Shown piece after piece: positions 51,081-62,781 of a DNA stretch of 64,000 bases. Origin of the DNA: Raillietiella orientalis (taxonomy: Eukaryota); the NCBI GenBank assembly GCA_036172245.1, contig JAYWIR010000032.1:992001-1056000 (forward strand). The letters run 5' to 3'. Numbering within the stretch: position 1 is the stretch's first letter; each line of letters starts with the position of its first letter. The notes beneath the pieces are model-generated. The model saw only the letters and a program-made list of their open reading frames with translations, made no database searches and was not told the DNA's origin. A program made the position numbers and the translations under genes.

Positions 51081-51684
51081 CTACAAGAGAAGAAAGGAAG
51101 GTCAGACTGGAGGACGAGGAGTGCCGGGAGACCGGAAGGCAGGGGTCTCCGGGGTGTACAGGAAGGCCGCAGAGGGGAGGGCGGGCAGCCATCGCGGAGC
51201 AGAGGGACGTTGGGGGAAGGCAGCCCTGCATCAGCGAGCGCGGCTACCGTCCGTTCCCGTAAGTGGCACCACTCCCGAAGTCACCGGAGGAGTTGGGGGT
51301 CATCGAAGGAGGGAGGCACCTGGTGCAAAGTCAGACTCCACTTGTTGCCGCCTGGAGGCGTGGCGGTCAACTCTCGTCGCCGAAACCCAACCTTTCTTCC
51401 CTTCCCCCGCGAAAGCCCCCTCCCCAGACCGTGCATCGAGATGCCTCCCAAAGCCACTTCTCAGGCTCGCAGTTTCCACGGCCGTAAGATCTTTCTACAA
51501 GTGAAGCCAGGAGCGAGCGTCATTCTCGAAGAACTTATCCTGAGCTCTCCCAGTGAGCCTTCAACGCTCCAGATTGCTCCTTGAAGCGTTTGGTTCCAGT
51601 CAGGAAGGAACGAGCTCTGCTGAAAGAGTGAAGGAGTGAGGCATGAGTAAGGGGTGACGCATCTTTCACGACCGCAAAGAGACA

Positions 51685-51922
51685 AGGAGGAAGGGAGGAA
51701 AAGAATGAGGGGGAGGAGATGGAAGGGTGGAAGGGAAGAGGAAGTGGGAGGAGGAAGAGATGGAAGGGAAGGAGGGAGGAAAAGGTGGAATGAAGGAAGA
51801 GGAGGAAGGAAGGAGGTAGTAGGAAAAGGGAGGGGGAAGGGAAGAGGAAGATAGAGAAAGGAGGAAAAGGAGTAGGAGTAGGAGAAGGTGGAAGGGAGAA
51901 AAGGAGGAGAAGGAAAAAGAGG
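51685..51922 (+). repeat. Polypurine (GA-rich) low-complexity tract (intronic)
   Basis: About 240 bp almost entirely G/A. Confidence 0.9.
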
Positions 51923-54669
51923 TCGCTGATTGCACGCATGTCGATTGTGTTATCGATTGCATAGTGGTAGCTCTCAGTCGGAGATTCCGAGTTGCCACGT
52001 GACCAGGAAGTCTGATCTGTGGAGGATGGGATTCAGGAAGCAGGAGATGCTACCAGCAGAGAAAACCTCTTGTCTATCCTTCCGGGCTCCAGGGAGAAGT
52101 GGTAAGAGAAAAATGCTTTATCAGATGAGGGACGCTCTTCCTTGTGTCTGGTGGGACACTCTTGCTGCAGCCACAGCTGCCAAGGACGGTTACACGGATT
52201 CTGGATGTTTGCAAGCTGGCGTGATGGATGCAGCCAGACGGGTGGAGCACGCGCAAGAACAGCGACGGCGTCGGAAGACGAGCTCCGCTTATCTCGGCTG
52301 TGAGCGAAGAGGCAGGAGGGATGAACCAAAAAAGCAGAGCCATCAGCCGAGGGAGCAAGGAAGCTGTTTCCTGCCGACGCCATGCAAGCTGATGGGCAAA
52401 GAAGTCCAAAGGGTTCTAAAGGAAGAGCCATGGTGTTCTTAAAGGGGTTGAGTCCGGTCACGGGCGATCGCTCTTCGGTACGAGGAAGAGTCCGGACGCG
52501 AAAGGTAGGAAGCGAGAGAGAGGGGGAGGAGGGGAAGAACGGGATGATTAGAACGGCTGGCGAGAATTGAAGCGGTTGCGGTTCAGCCGGCGGAGGAGAT
52601 GACATCCCATTCGCGAGCGCGAAATCCACACACCCGAGGGGAGAGACTCGCATTTTCGAGATTTCCCGTATGAGGAAGGAAGCACGTGGAAGGGAGGCAT
52701 TTTGAAGGGCCAAGGCCGAAATCCCAGAGCAATAAGCTGGAACGAGATTAAAGATTAACCGAAGGAAAGACCGTGGGTCTCGGGATGCGATAATTCTTCG
52801 GGTGAAGAGATCAGCGAAAGGAACAGCGCGGACACATGGACGATTTTCGAAGGACCGAAGGGAACACTGGAAATACGGGAGAGGAACAAGCGTTAATCTG
52901 ATTGTCTTTTGAAGTGCGGGAGAAGCAGCGAAGGAAAAGTCAAGAGGTTTCCATCTTTCGAGACAACCGATTTGTTGTTACCGTAGAAACCCTAAGGCAG
53001 CTTAGCTGGAGCGCAGCGTGACTCCGGTTCTTGCTAGTGTTTGATGGATAACGAGGCAAACTGTGCGACGCCAGATGGCAGGAGAAGCGGACAAGGGAAG
53101 AAGAGTGGATGGTGGATAGCGAAATCCGAACTCCTGGAGATCTTCATCCTTTTCCCTAAAAGGTTTCCCATTTCAGAGGTCCAGGGGGGAGGAGACGGAA
53201 TCCCTAGGGACTTCGTCGATAAAGAAGGGAAGAAGGAAAATTTATGCAACAAAATGAGACATCCTGAGGCTCCAAGAAGGACTCTTTAGCTCTCGGCAGG
53301 AAAACCGAAATCCTCGGCTCGGAAAGCTCGTCGAAGGCTCCTGGAGGAACTCGGAGCAGAGGACGGGAGAAGGCGGGGAACCCGACGACAAGGCATGACC
53401 TCTGCCATTCTGGGAGCAGAAAGGAGAGGAGCAGATGCTCATCTTTCACTCGCAAGTGACGTGTACCACCGAGTCGCAGGCTCCAGAAGCTATTTGCCGC
53501 CAGAGAGGAAATGATTTTCTGGGCGAGAGTGCAATGGAGTCGGAGATCGGGGATGCGCGCTCTCCTGAGGAATGCGTGGAAGCTCCTGGTTTCGATGCGC
53601 AGCCGTCTGGACAGGGGGAAATCACGTGGGCACAAGGATGAGGAGGAATACACAGCGTAATTTCCAGAACAAAATCATCGTGCCGTACTGATAAGGATCG
53701 AGATAACTGCGTCCGTATCATCCCGATTCGCTTTTCCAGACGATCACCGCTTTCCGGGAGATGCTGGAGGAGTTTCAAAATGTTCAGGATACATCTTTAT
53801 AATGCGTCCCAAGAGAAGGCGCTCTTCCCAGAAAACACGGCGGCGGCGGCAGCAGAGGAGGAGGAATAGGAGGAGGTTGTTAAAAACAACGAGGTCTGGG
53901 GGGTTAAAAAACCCCCAGACCTCGTTGGGGATCGATCCGGAGTGGATCCGGAATCTCCTAGGCTGACCACTGTGTAACAGAAGACGGAGAACGTCGACGG
54001 GTGACCCCCCGCAAATGGACCGCGCCGCGACTTGAATTCGGCTTGGAAACCGAGCAGATCTCCGCCTCTCGGATCCTGCCGACCTCTCTCCAACCAGTCA
54101 GCGCCGGATTCCGGTGTCGTATCCGGGTGGGCGCCACCTTCTCTCCCCTCCGTGGGCGCCTTTGGTGGAGCGGTTTGCGTAGGGTGTGCCGAGGAGGCGA
54201 AGGAATTCCCGTTTGGTTCCCTCTCAGGGAAAGCGAACGGGTGCGATAGGTCCCGGATCCGGGAAGGACTTGTCTCCTGAAAGGGAGAGAGCTAATCTCC
54301 CCTTTTCAGGAGGACGGGGAAGGAACTAGCGACAACAGCTCGGGGTTTCCGAGCAACGCCGGTTCGCAGGGGCGCGCGACGCCATTTCCCGGGATTAAAA
54401 ATCACTCCGCTAGCCCCGAACGCCCCGTTCCCGTCGCTAGGGACCCTCGACGGCCAAAAATGGGGTTTGTTCCACCCCCCTACTTAATGAAGAGACTGAT
54501 GCAGCGGTCCGATGACGACTTGCGTGGACGCAGGAGCGAGTCTGCGGGCAAGGACGCGACGTCTGGGGAAGAGGGGACGGGATGATGGGACGCCGTCGCC
54601 CAATCACTCCAGGATGGCTCTGGACGAACTCATGAACGCTGGCTAAGAGAGGAGCGGAGCAACAAATCA

Positions 54670-54880
54670 GCAGTGACGTCCAGGTCCGGGAAACAGCGAT
54701 TCCCATTTGTTCATCTCCTTAAGTGCTTCGTTAAAGAGTTCCAGACAATGCGATTTGGGACGGGAAGAAATGAAATCCCCAGAGTGTGGAAGCTGCAGAA
54801 AAGTTCCGGGGGCTTGCGTTTTCCAGACCGCGCTGAACTGGGAAGCTCTTTCGGGAGGAACTTCTCCCCAGCGTGAAGGA
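54670..54880 (+). mobile_element. L1/Tx1-like ORF2 post-RT fragment
   Basis: KEFQTMRFGTGRNEIPRVWKLQKSSGGLRFPD resembles the L1-clade F.W.....RI...L...K..GGL..PD motif. Confidence 0.5.
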
Positions 54881-55133
54881 GGCGCGAACGGAAGCAAGCA
54901 GGACGAAGATGTGATGGATGGGCCGAAACGTAGCGATGGATGAATGCTACGAGGCAGACGGGACGATTCCTGGTCTCGTGTCGGGAGGCCATCATCTTTG
55001 ACTCTCCCGCATTGAGTGAAGAGAGCAAAGCGAAGAAGGAAACCTTGAAAGGAACCCTTGAAAGTCTCCCTCTAGGAAGACTCTTCCCGAGGGTGCAAAT
55101 CTGCAGGAGCGCTTGCAAAGAGGAAACGCGTCC

Positions 55134-55221
55134 TCAAGGTGACGTAGGAGTTTCCTCTGGTATCTCTGAGCATGCTTCCCCAAAAGAGCACTTCTGCGTT
55201 TCCCAAGAAGCTCAAGGTTCC
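55134..55221. repeat. 88-bp direct repeat; second copy at 58692-58779
   Basis: TCAAGG.GACGT.GGAGTTTCCTCTGGTATCTCTGAG.ATGCTTCCCCAAAAGAGCACTTCTGC.TTTCCCAAGAAGCTCAAGGTTCC, with 4 mismatches by eye. Confidence 0.9.
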
Positions 55222-55539
55222 AGGAGAAAAACAAAAAAAAAATGCCGATGACTCCAACGATGAGGACACATCGGAACGAGAGGGGCGGAAAAGCTGTCCA
55301 AGAAGCGCGCACCGACAGCTGTCAGGGCCCGAGGTCCGAGACCCGTCCCCTCCTCTCCAGACTTGAGAGGTCGAGGTGGACTAAAAGAGGACCGTGGTGT
55401 CCGCGAATGTGGCAGGCGAAGCTGTTCGTGAGCAGCAGCCAAAAACGATGGTAGAGGAGTCTATTGGGGAGAAGAGAACGTTTTTTTCTTTTTTTCTGCT
55501 CACGTGCAGATGGGTATAGCTGGTTGGCTTCCTCGCAAA

Positions 55540-55792
55540 AGGAGGAAGGGAAGAAGAGGAAGGGAGGAAAAGAAGAAGGAGGAAGAGGAAGAGGAGATGG
55601 GGGAAGAAGGAAGGAAGAGGAGGAAGGGAGGAAAGGAGGTGGAGGAGAAGGAGAAAGAAAAGGAAGAGGTGGAAGGGAAGGAAGGAGAGGAGATAGAGGG
55701 AGAGGGAGGAAAGGAAGGAGAGGAGATAGAGGGAGAGGGAGGAAAGGAGAAGGAAGGTGGAAGGGAAGAAGAAGAGGAAGAGGAAAAGAGAG
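55540..55792 (+). repeat. Polypurine tract with an internal 30-bp tandem duplication
   Basis: AAGGAAGGAGAGGAGATAGAGGGAGAGGGAGGA-like unit present twice at about 55678-55745. Confidence 0.9.
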
Positions 55793-58700
55793 CGAAATCC
55801 GCAGACGTTTTGAAATCCATAAGGTCGAGATAAAGGCGTGACTGGTGGCGTGCGAGAAAGCAGATAAAGCAGCGATGCTGACGACTGCCATCTTCAGAGT
55901 AACAACGGGACATGCATTTCCCGCTCTTTGCATCGGAAGGGAGGGAAGGAGAGAATGAAGAAGCGAAGAATTTCACACACACAGTCACTATCCAGCTTTC
56001 CTTGCATCCTGGAGAGCCCCGAAGTGACCGTGGTCGATGTCTCATTTTCCGTGCTGCACTCCCTGATCCTCGAGCGCTGGAATCCGAGATCTAGGAGGAA
56101 TCTGCTTCTTCTGAGGTGCCAACTCTGGTTCGGTGCTTGGCACCTCCTCGCGAGGTGACCGCACGTGTGGTCGCGAACGCTGGGAAGGAGGTATCTGCAT
56201 CGGTTAAATCTTGCAGACTTGACCGAGGTGGTTGGGAGAAGGGACATCAAGGAATTCCGGTTCTTCTGATGAGTGGAGAGGATGGGCGTAGACGCCGGGT
56301 ATCTTTCAGACGAGAGGAGGGTCCGAGGTCGAATGCAACGGAAGTGGGGCAGCCGTCGAGATCTCCACATGACCCTGGGAGCAGCAGAGAGAAATTCAGC
56401 GCGAGACCAGAGGAAGCAAAGCGACTCGATGTCTTACGGTGATTTAACACTTGAAGGAAGCACCAAGAAATTAATCGTCCTGGAGTCTTCCGAAGAGGAA
56501 GGGAGGAGCGACCGGCTGATGAGCTGGACAATGTTTGGGAGAATGAACGAGGAACAAGGAGCTGATCCCACTCGGTCACCGCGTACCTTTCGCCGAGGTC
56601 GACAAAGAATTAAGAATAAAAGTGTCCTCGAGAAGAAAGGAACGCAGGCATTTCTGTTTTTTTGTTTTCTTTTTTTTTTTTTTTTGATACCCAGGGGGCG
56701 GAAATCGCTAGGAGTGTTAGTTTCCTTCCACTGAAACGTACTGGGAACGGAATCTTTCGGGAAACCTCACCACGGGAGTTTCAGACCGACATCCCCGTGG
56801 GATTTAGCAGCTTCGCCTCGGCAAAAGTTCTTCCCCTTCCTGCAGCTGCAGAGACCCGCACATTCGGAAGTAATCAGGGAGAAGAACGGGAGGGAGGGAG
56901 GAAAAGAGAAGATTCTCCGTACCTCGATCGCCCGCCGCCCTTTGCCCTGCCTCGATCACTGGTGGGAAAATCCACCTGATGGACGCGCGCCCGCCTGCTT
57001 GCGTTCTTCCGAGGCGCTCGAAGGATGGGGAGGGTAGACGCGGAACGCAACCGTGGCATGTGCCCGATGGCGCTCCAGGAGCAACCCAGCCTCGTCTTTG
57101 GTGGAGGAACGAACGGTCTTGAGGGCTGCCGCTCTCTCTCTGAAGCGATTTTCGAGCGTCCATAGGCGAGGAAAGTTTCTCCCGGAATAGGAGAGCGCGT
57201 GCGACTGGGCGAAACCAGCCTAGAAAAAGCGGGGATTCTGGGGAAGCATCGCCCCCTTCTGGCTGCGACAGAGAGGAAGGAGGGCACGAATTCCTAATAG
57301 TGGGTCACAGGAGCTAGCAGTTCCTGCTTCCCGCTGCGTGGGAGGAACTCGTGGAATGGAGCAGCTGCGGGAAAACTCTCGGGACCGCGGTTCGAATCTC
57401 TTCTGCATCGAGGAGCGAAGAGTGCACCGGGAGGATGCTTTCAAGCGAGGGGCATCCGGTGGCCACATCGAAGAGTGAAGCTAGCGGATAGCACGGTTGT
57501 CTTCCGGCCGGCGTTTCGAAGCGCTGCCTAGGGGCATCCGGGCGCAGCAATCGAACGGAAGAGGCTGCAGATGTCGGGGTTGATTTTCCTAGGGAGTGAG
57601 ACATGGTGCTGCTCCTCGGCGTCTTCCGCGACCGCACCCGTTGTCTCCCCTCCCTTCAGCCAAGTTGGCCATTGTTCACGTGATCCCCCCTAGAGTAGGA
57701 GGACCGATAGAAGGGGAAACAACGCTCCTAGAGGCGCTTGGAGGCTGCAGGGGTGGCGAGCGAGCGAGTGGGGAAAAAATCGCCCTCGGGGATGAATTCT
57801 GTAAATGGTATCCAATCTCTGAGTGCGGGGAAGGAGGGGGGAAGGAGGAGGAGAGGGAAGAAGAGCACACGGATTTTCAATCTCTTCATGCCGATCTGAA
57901 TGGTAATCGAGTTTTGGGTTCCCGAAGAACAAAGCGCGGTTTCTTCGGGGATTAAAAAAAAAGGAAGGGGGGAGGGGGAAGGGGAGGAAGAAATAACGCA
58001 CTTCTTCTGAAAAAGTACATTATCTTAGGGAAAGAACGAGTCTGACTCTCGCGCGATCCCGTGATCCGGCGCGGGACTGATCAGTTATCGAGAAGGAGAA
58101 GGAGGAGGAGAAAAAACAGTTATGAAGGAAGTACTTCAAAAGAAGTGTTCCCCAAAACCGACTCTGATGTCATTATCGCGGGAACACGCGGTAACGTGCT
58201 GCTCCGTGTTAATTCTCGCAGAGAAGGGGGGAACGGGAGAAAGCGCGAAAGTTCTCTCCCCCTCCCTTCCAAGAAGGGGAACTCGCCGTGACGGTTCTAC
58301 TGGAGGACGCCAGGGTGGCTCCTGAACGACCTTCGAATCTCTTCGTGCCTTCGAACCGGTCACGGTCGAGCGCCTCCCCTGGAAACCGGGCGGAGGGAAG
58401 ACTTTTGCCCGGGTTCTCCCCCTCGAGGAGGGATCCTCCACCTGCTTCGCGGGGGAAAGGGAGCGGAGGACCACTCGACGCCTCCCCGGAGATCTGCGGG
58501 ATCTTAATGGAATTATTGCAAGAGGCGATTTTCCACGAGGGAAGGGGGGCTACTAATGACTGGGGCCCTTTCCTTCGATTAACTCGAATTCACGGACTGG
58601 GTAATTGGGATTCCCTATCAATTATTCGGAGATTGGGTCGTGTAAGCTGTTCATAGTGGGCCCGTGGCTGGAGGGCCGTCCTCTGACGCGGTCAAGGGGA

Positions 58701-59539
58701 CGTGGGAGTTTCCTCTGGTATCTCTGAGAATGCTTCCCCAAAAGAGCACTTCTGCATTTCCCAAGAAGCTCAAGGTTCCTGCATTGGAGGAACTCTTTCC
58801 TCTTCCTGATTGCTTCCAGGTCTCCGTCCTTTCACCGGCTCGTGTGTGCGCAAGGTTCCTTGGCTCGGGTCTGAGCATTTTTAAGAGGAAGAGCGGCGCG
58901 TTCCGATTCCAGGAGTGTGTGGACCGGCGGTTCCCTCTGCATCGCTGCCGCCACTAGCCCCACTGAGGTGTGGGCGAACTGGCGCACGTACGACCTCAGA
59001 AGGCGTTGAAGTCCGCTCGTTGAATCCGAAGTGGGAGCGAATCTCGCTGCTGCGTTGAAGAACATATCTTGAACATTTCTTGCGTGCTGACCTTTACGGT
59101 GCTCGCTTGTCTTCCGGACAGTCCCCACCTACGCGCGCCTTCAGGCTTCCTGGAGGTCCGCTCTCTCTTTGGGATCGAACCACGGACATCCGACCGCAAA
59201 CGGCCTTGATAGAATTTCGAAACACAAAGCAAACACACTAGAGCGCCTGTGCAGGATACTAGAGTGCTCTCTTGCTCGCCATGGGCCTCTGGCATTTCGC
59301 CTCCTGCAGAAAGAAGACGCCACAAACCCTGCAGACCACCACCACCGAGCCCTCGTTTGCCATCGGCATTTCCGCCATGCTACCGAAGTCTTCTGGATCT
59401 GCAGTATCCAGAGTAATATCGGGTGTCTCCGACTGAATGCACTCGGGAATCGATTGGTAGGGACAGCTCTATAGCGGATCATCGCCAGGTGAGCCCCATG
59501 TTCTTCCCTGTTTCTTCGAGGAAAGTGGAAACTTCTATA

Positions 59540-59775
59540 CTCCCTCTCTTGCTCTTCTACGCACTTCCTTTCCTCTTTCTTCCCTACTCCTACTCCCCTC
59601 TAGTCTTCCTTCATTTCTTCTCCTTGCCTCTTCCTCTTTTTCCTCCTCCCTTCCATCTCCTTTCCTACTCCCTTCCTGCCCCCTTCTTTCTCCTTTCCTC
59701 CTCCGTTCCTTTCCCCTTCCTCCTCTGTTCTTCCTTCCTATCCCTTTTCACCCTTTTCCTCTTCCCTTCCTCCTT
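59540..59775 (+). repeat. Polypyrimidine low-complexity tract
   Basis: About 235 bp, C/T-rich. Confidence 0.9.
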
Positions 59776-60479
59776 GCTGAAACGGAGTCTCACAAGCTGA
59801 CCTGATGGAGCGCGCGGATCACATCAGGGGCAATCCACGCGCCGATCCACTAGCAGGGGTGACATTCCGAACGAGCATCTTCTTCACCGTCTACTCCGAC
59901 CACTCCAGAATTCCTGCCTGCAGGCGATAGCATCGACATTTCCCAGAGAACTCACACTGCCACACCGGGAGTCCGTTTCGTGATCGTGGATCATCTCGCC
60001 TTCTTGAGATGATTTTGAGGTAGGATGCAGAGCTGACATCCCTTTTCTGGGAGATGATACTTCCCTTAACGAAGGGGAGATTTCTTCAGGGGAAATGCAT
60101 CTCAAGCAACAAGACAGAGGGAGCTGAAGACCGGCAGCGTCTAGTTGACTTGTGAACCTTGGAGGGAGCGTATCGGAGAGGAATGTCGGCGAGGAATACG
60201 CGAGGTCTGTTGCAGTGGGGAAGCTGGTGAAACAAGGGGAACTGACCCTTCGCAAATGAGAAGGCTGCGGTCCAAGGGGAGAGGCCATTGCTAGGATGCC
60301 CCTCGGACTGAGAGCATCAGAGGGCGTCAAAGAAACAATCTTTCGGATCCCGCTACCAAATTAGATCAGACCGTGGAGGTCGCTGTTAGGGGGAAGGCTA
60401 GGTCACGAGAAGCCTCGGTCTTCCTTGGCAGGAGAAGAGCAAGGAGGAAGTAAACTCTTTGGAAAAGAAAAAGGTGCAG

Positions 60480-61070
60480 GGGTTCTACACAAGAGGAAAG
60501 CTTCGTGGGAGATGAGGCAGAGAGTCTTTCTAAAGGTAACGCGGCGCCTAAGAGAAAACTCTGGTGGTCAGGAGCAGGAAACGAAGGGCAGAGACACATA
60601 TCCAGACCCCGAGGGCACGTGAAGGAGTCCGGAAGGAATAGGAATCTTCTAGAGGAAGGAAAGGGTCGGTTCGAAGCCGAGGCTGCGCTTTTGGCGAGTG
60701 GGCCTTTCGCACAGCAGGTGGTCCATGGCTTGTTCCAGTGCCTGTCTGGTCGGTGGACCCTCCGGGAAGTTCGAGCAGTCCGAGGCAGGTCGAACCTTGG
60801 GAGAGCGTCTGTCGACTGCAGGAACTTCTTCGAGGGGTCGAGTTTCCCGCCAGACCTGTCCATGCTGGTCAGCCACGGAGGCGTCCCAGAAGGATTTGCG
60901 CTGTTTCTTTTGTTGTTTCGCATCCGCCCCTCCCTCACTCCAAAACGGGAGTTTCCATTTACAGGATCCGAGGTCTCAGCTGGGTACTGGCGAACTCGGG
61001 ATTTCTCAGGATCGGCGGGAGAGGCTCAGCTTGCGTCCCGATTGCAATGAGCATCGAAGGGACATTTGCC
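60480..61070 (+). mobile_element. Probable decayed gypsy-type integrase remnant (intronic)
   Basis: Collinear KLWWSG...RHI (FWWPG...YV-like), GPFAQQVV, SVDC..F, HGGVPE, FPFTG and LRPDCNEHRR (YHPQSNG.ER-like). Confidence 0.4.
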
Positions 61071-61561
61071 TCTCCCGTAATAGAGAGATCTGGACATCCT
61101 CCTGCAGTGTAAGAACGGAACCAAGGACAAACCAAAAGGCAGAAGCCGGAGCAAGGAGCAGAAGAACGGCAGGCGTTTTCCTCGACAATACTCGTCTCTC
61201 CATGAAAGCCGACCGGGAGACCCATGAGCTCCCGGGATGCGGCTCCTCCGAAAGATGAACCTTCCGCAAAGAACAGGGAACGACCCGGGAACTCTCTCCG
61301 GAAGTCCTCTAGAGGTGGAACAAAGTGGCTTCTAGGATCACGGGTTCGTCCTTCCCCTGCACCGACGACTGTTGTCCGCATGGACGGGAGTGGGAAGAGG
61401 GCGCTAAGGGAAACGCTCCAGGAACCATCCGCTGCTCACTCGGAGCTGGAAGGAGACTGGAAAGCGAGGAGAATGGGGATGATGGCAAAGCGAGAGCTCT
61501 AGAACACTCCCAGGAGGTTTCTATTTCCGGTAATTGCTCTCTTATCAGAAGAGACGCGAAC

Positions 61562-61900
61562 GTCCTCTTTATACTCCTTTTTTTCGTCCTCCTCTATTCC
61601 CCTATGTTCCTACTTTTCTATTGGTCTATGTACCTGCTTTTCATGTTTCATTCCTCCTCTTTCACCTGTTCGATTCCTCCTATACCTCTTCCAACTCATC
61701 CTCTGTTCCTCCTCTTCATGTTCCATTCCTCCTCTTTTACATTTCATTCCTTCTCTCCTCCTCCTCCCTTGGACCTCTTCTATTGTTTTATGTTCCAACT
61801 CTTCTTCTTGATACATTCATCCTCCTCCACCTTATCCTCTTTTCCTACTCTTCTATTCCCCTCTGTTCCTCCCCTTACCTTCCTCCTCCTCCTCCTTTTG
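61562..61900 (+). repeat. Polypyrimidine-rich degenerate tandem tract
   Basis: C/T-rich with a repeated TTCATGTT(T/C)CATTCCTCCTCTTT unit. Confidence 0.85.
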
Positions 61901-62647
61901 CGGAGTTTCCACTGCTTCCACACTCCTGGCCTCTTTCTTTCGCTTTCTTCGGATCGGGAAGGATCTCCACACTCCCTCATTCCTTCCTCTTTCCGGAGGG
62001 TGCTCTCGGAGTGTTTTTGCCGCGGGAGGCGCGCAGGTTTTTGCTGCCACCCCCTGGGGAGCTCCGTGCTTCCGATGATATGAGTGGAGGGCGACCCGTG
62101 ACCACTGTCGGGGCACTGGCTGCTCCGGGCGGCTGGCGCAGCTGGGTCTATCCCGCGGCCTCTTCCCCATTTCTCTTCGCACGGCACTCGGCCTGGGAAG
62201 GGCAACGGGAAGAGCGGGCGGGGGAGCGCACCCAGCGATGGCATCCCGGGGACGGCCGCGCCGTGAGTCGCCGGGAAGTTTCCTCTGCTCCTCTCTGCCC
62301 CTCTCCCGGAGCAGTTCGAGGCCTGCGGGTGAGGGAGGGATCCGCGCTCTTGAGTGCCGCGGCGCGGCGCCGGAGGACCGGGCGGAGTCCCGCGGAGGAA
62401 GGGGGATTCGGTCCAGCAGCTGCCTCTGCGGGAAGGGGGGGGAAGGGGAACAGCAAGGAAGCTGAGCCTCAGGGGCGTGCATTACCTGCAGGGTCGATTC
62501 GCCCCCAGGCAGAGGGAACCCACTCTCTCCCTCGCCCCTTAGCAGGAAGGACCCGGGCACGCGAAGGCACAGGGAGATCCGCGCAAATCCCGGGCGAGCA
62601 AGGCGGCGACCTCTCCCCCCTGAGCGTGGAAGTGCTCCTCCACCTAC

Positions 62648-62781
62648 CTCCTCGTCGTTGATGTGCCAACTGATGTTGGCCTCAGGGAAAGAGTTCGGGG
62701 ACGTGCAGTTGGCCCTCACGTAGTGACCCGCAGAGTAAGCCGGGTGCAGCCCCGTGATGACCGGGTCCCGGTCGGGAAGAT
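62648..62781 (-). CDS. Beat-like Ig protein, exon encoding the first half of the C2-type Ig domain; the gene continues beyond the window end
   Basis: Acceptor TTCCGTTTGCAG|AT, donor GAG|GTAGGT. Encodes DLPDRDPVITGLHPAYSAGHYVRANCTSPNSFPEANISWHINDEE, matching the Beat pattern P.ITG....Y..G..V.ANCTS..S.P.A...W.IN. Confidence 0.88.

Noticed and set aside
61325..62661. Hydrophobic 252-aa and 375-aa ORFs as membrane proteins
   Set aside because: The hydrophobicity comes from a C/T low-complexity tract inside the Beat-like intron, on the opposite strand.
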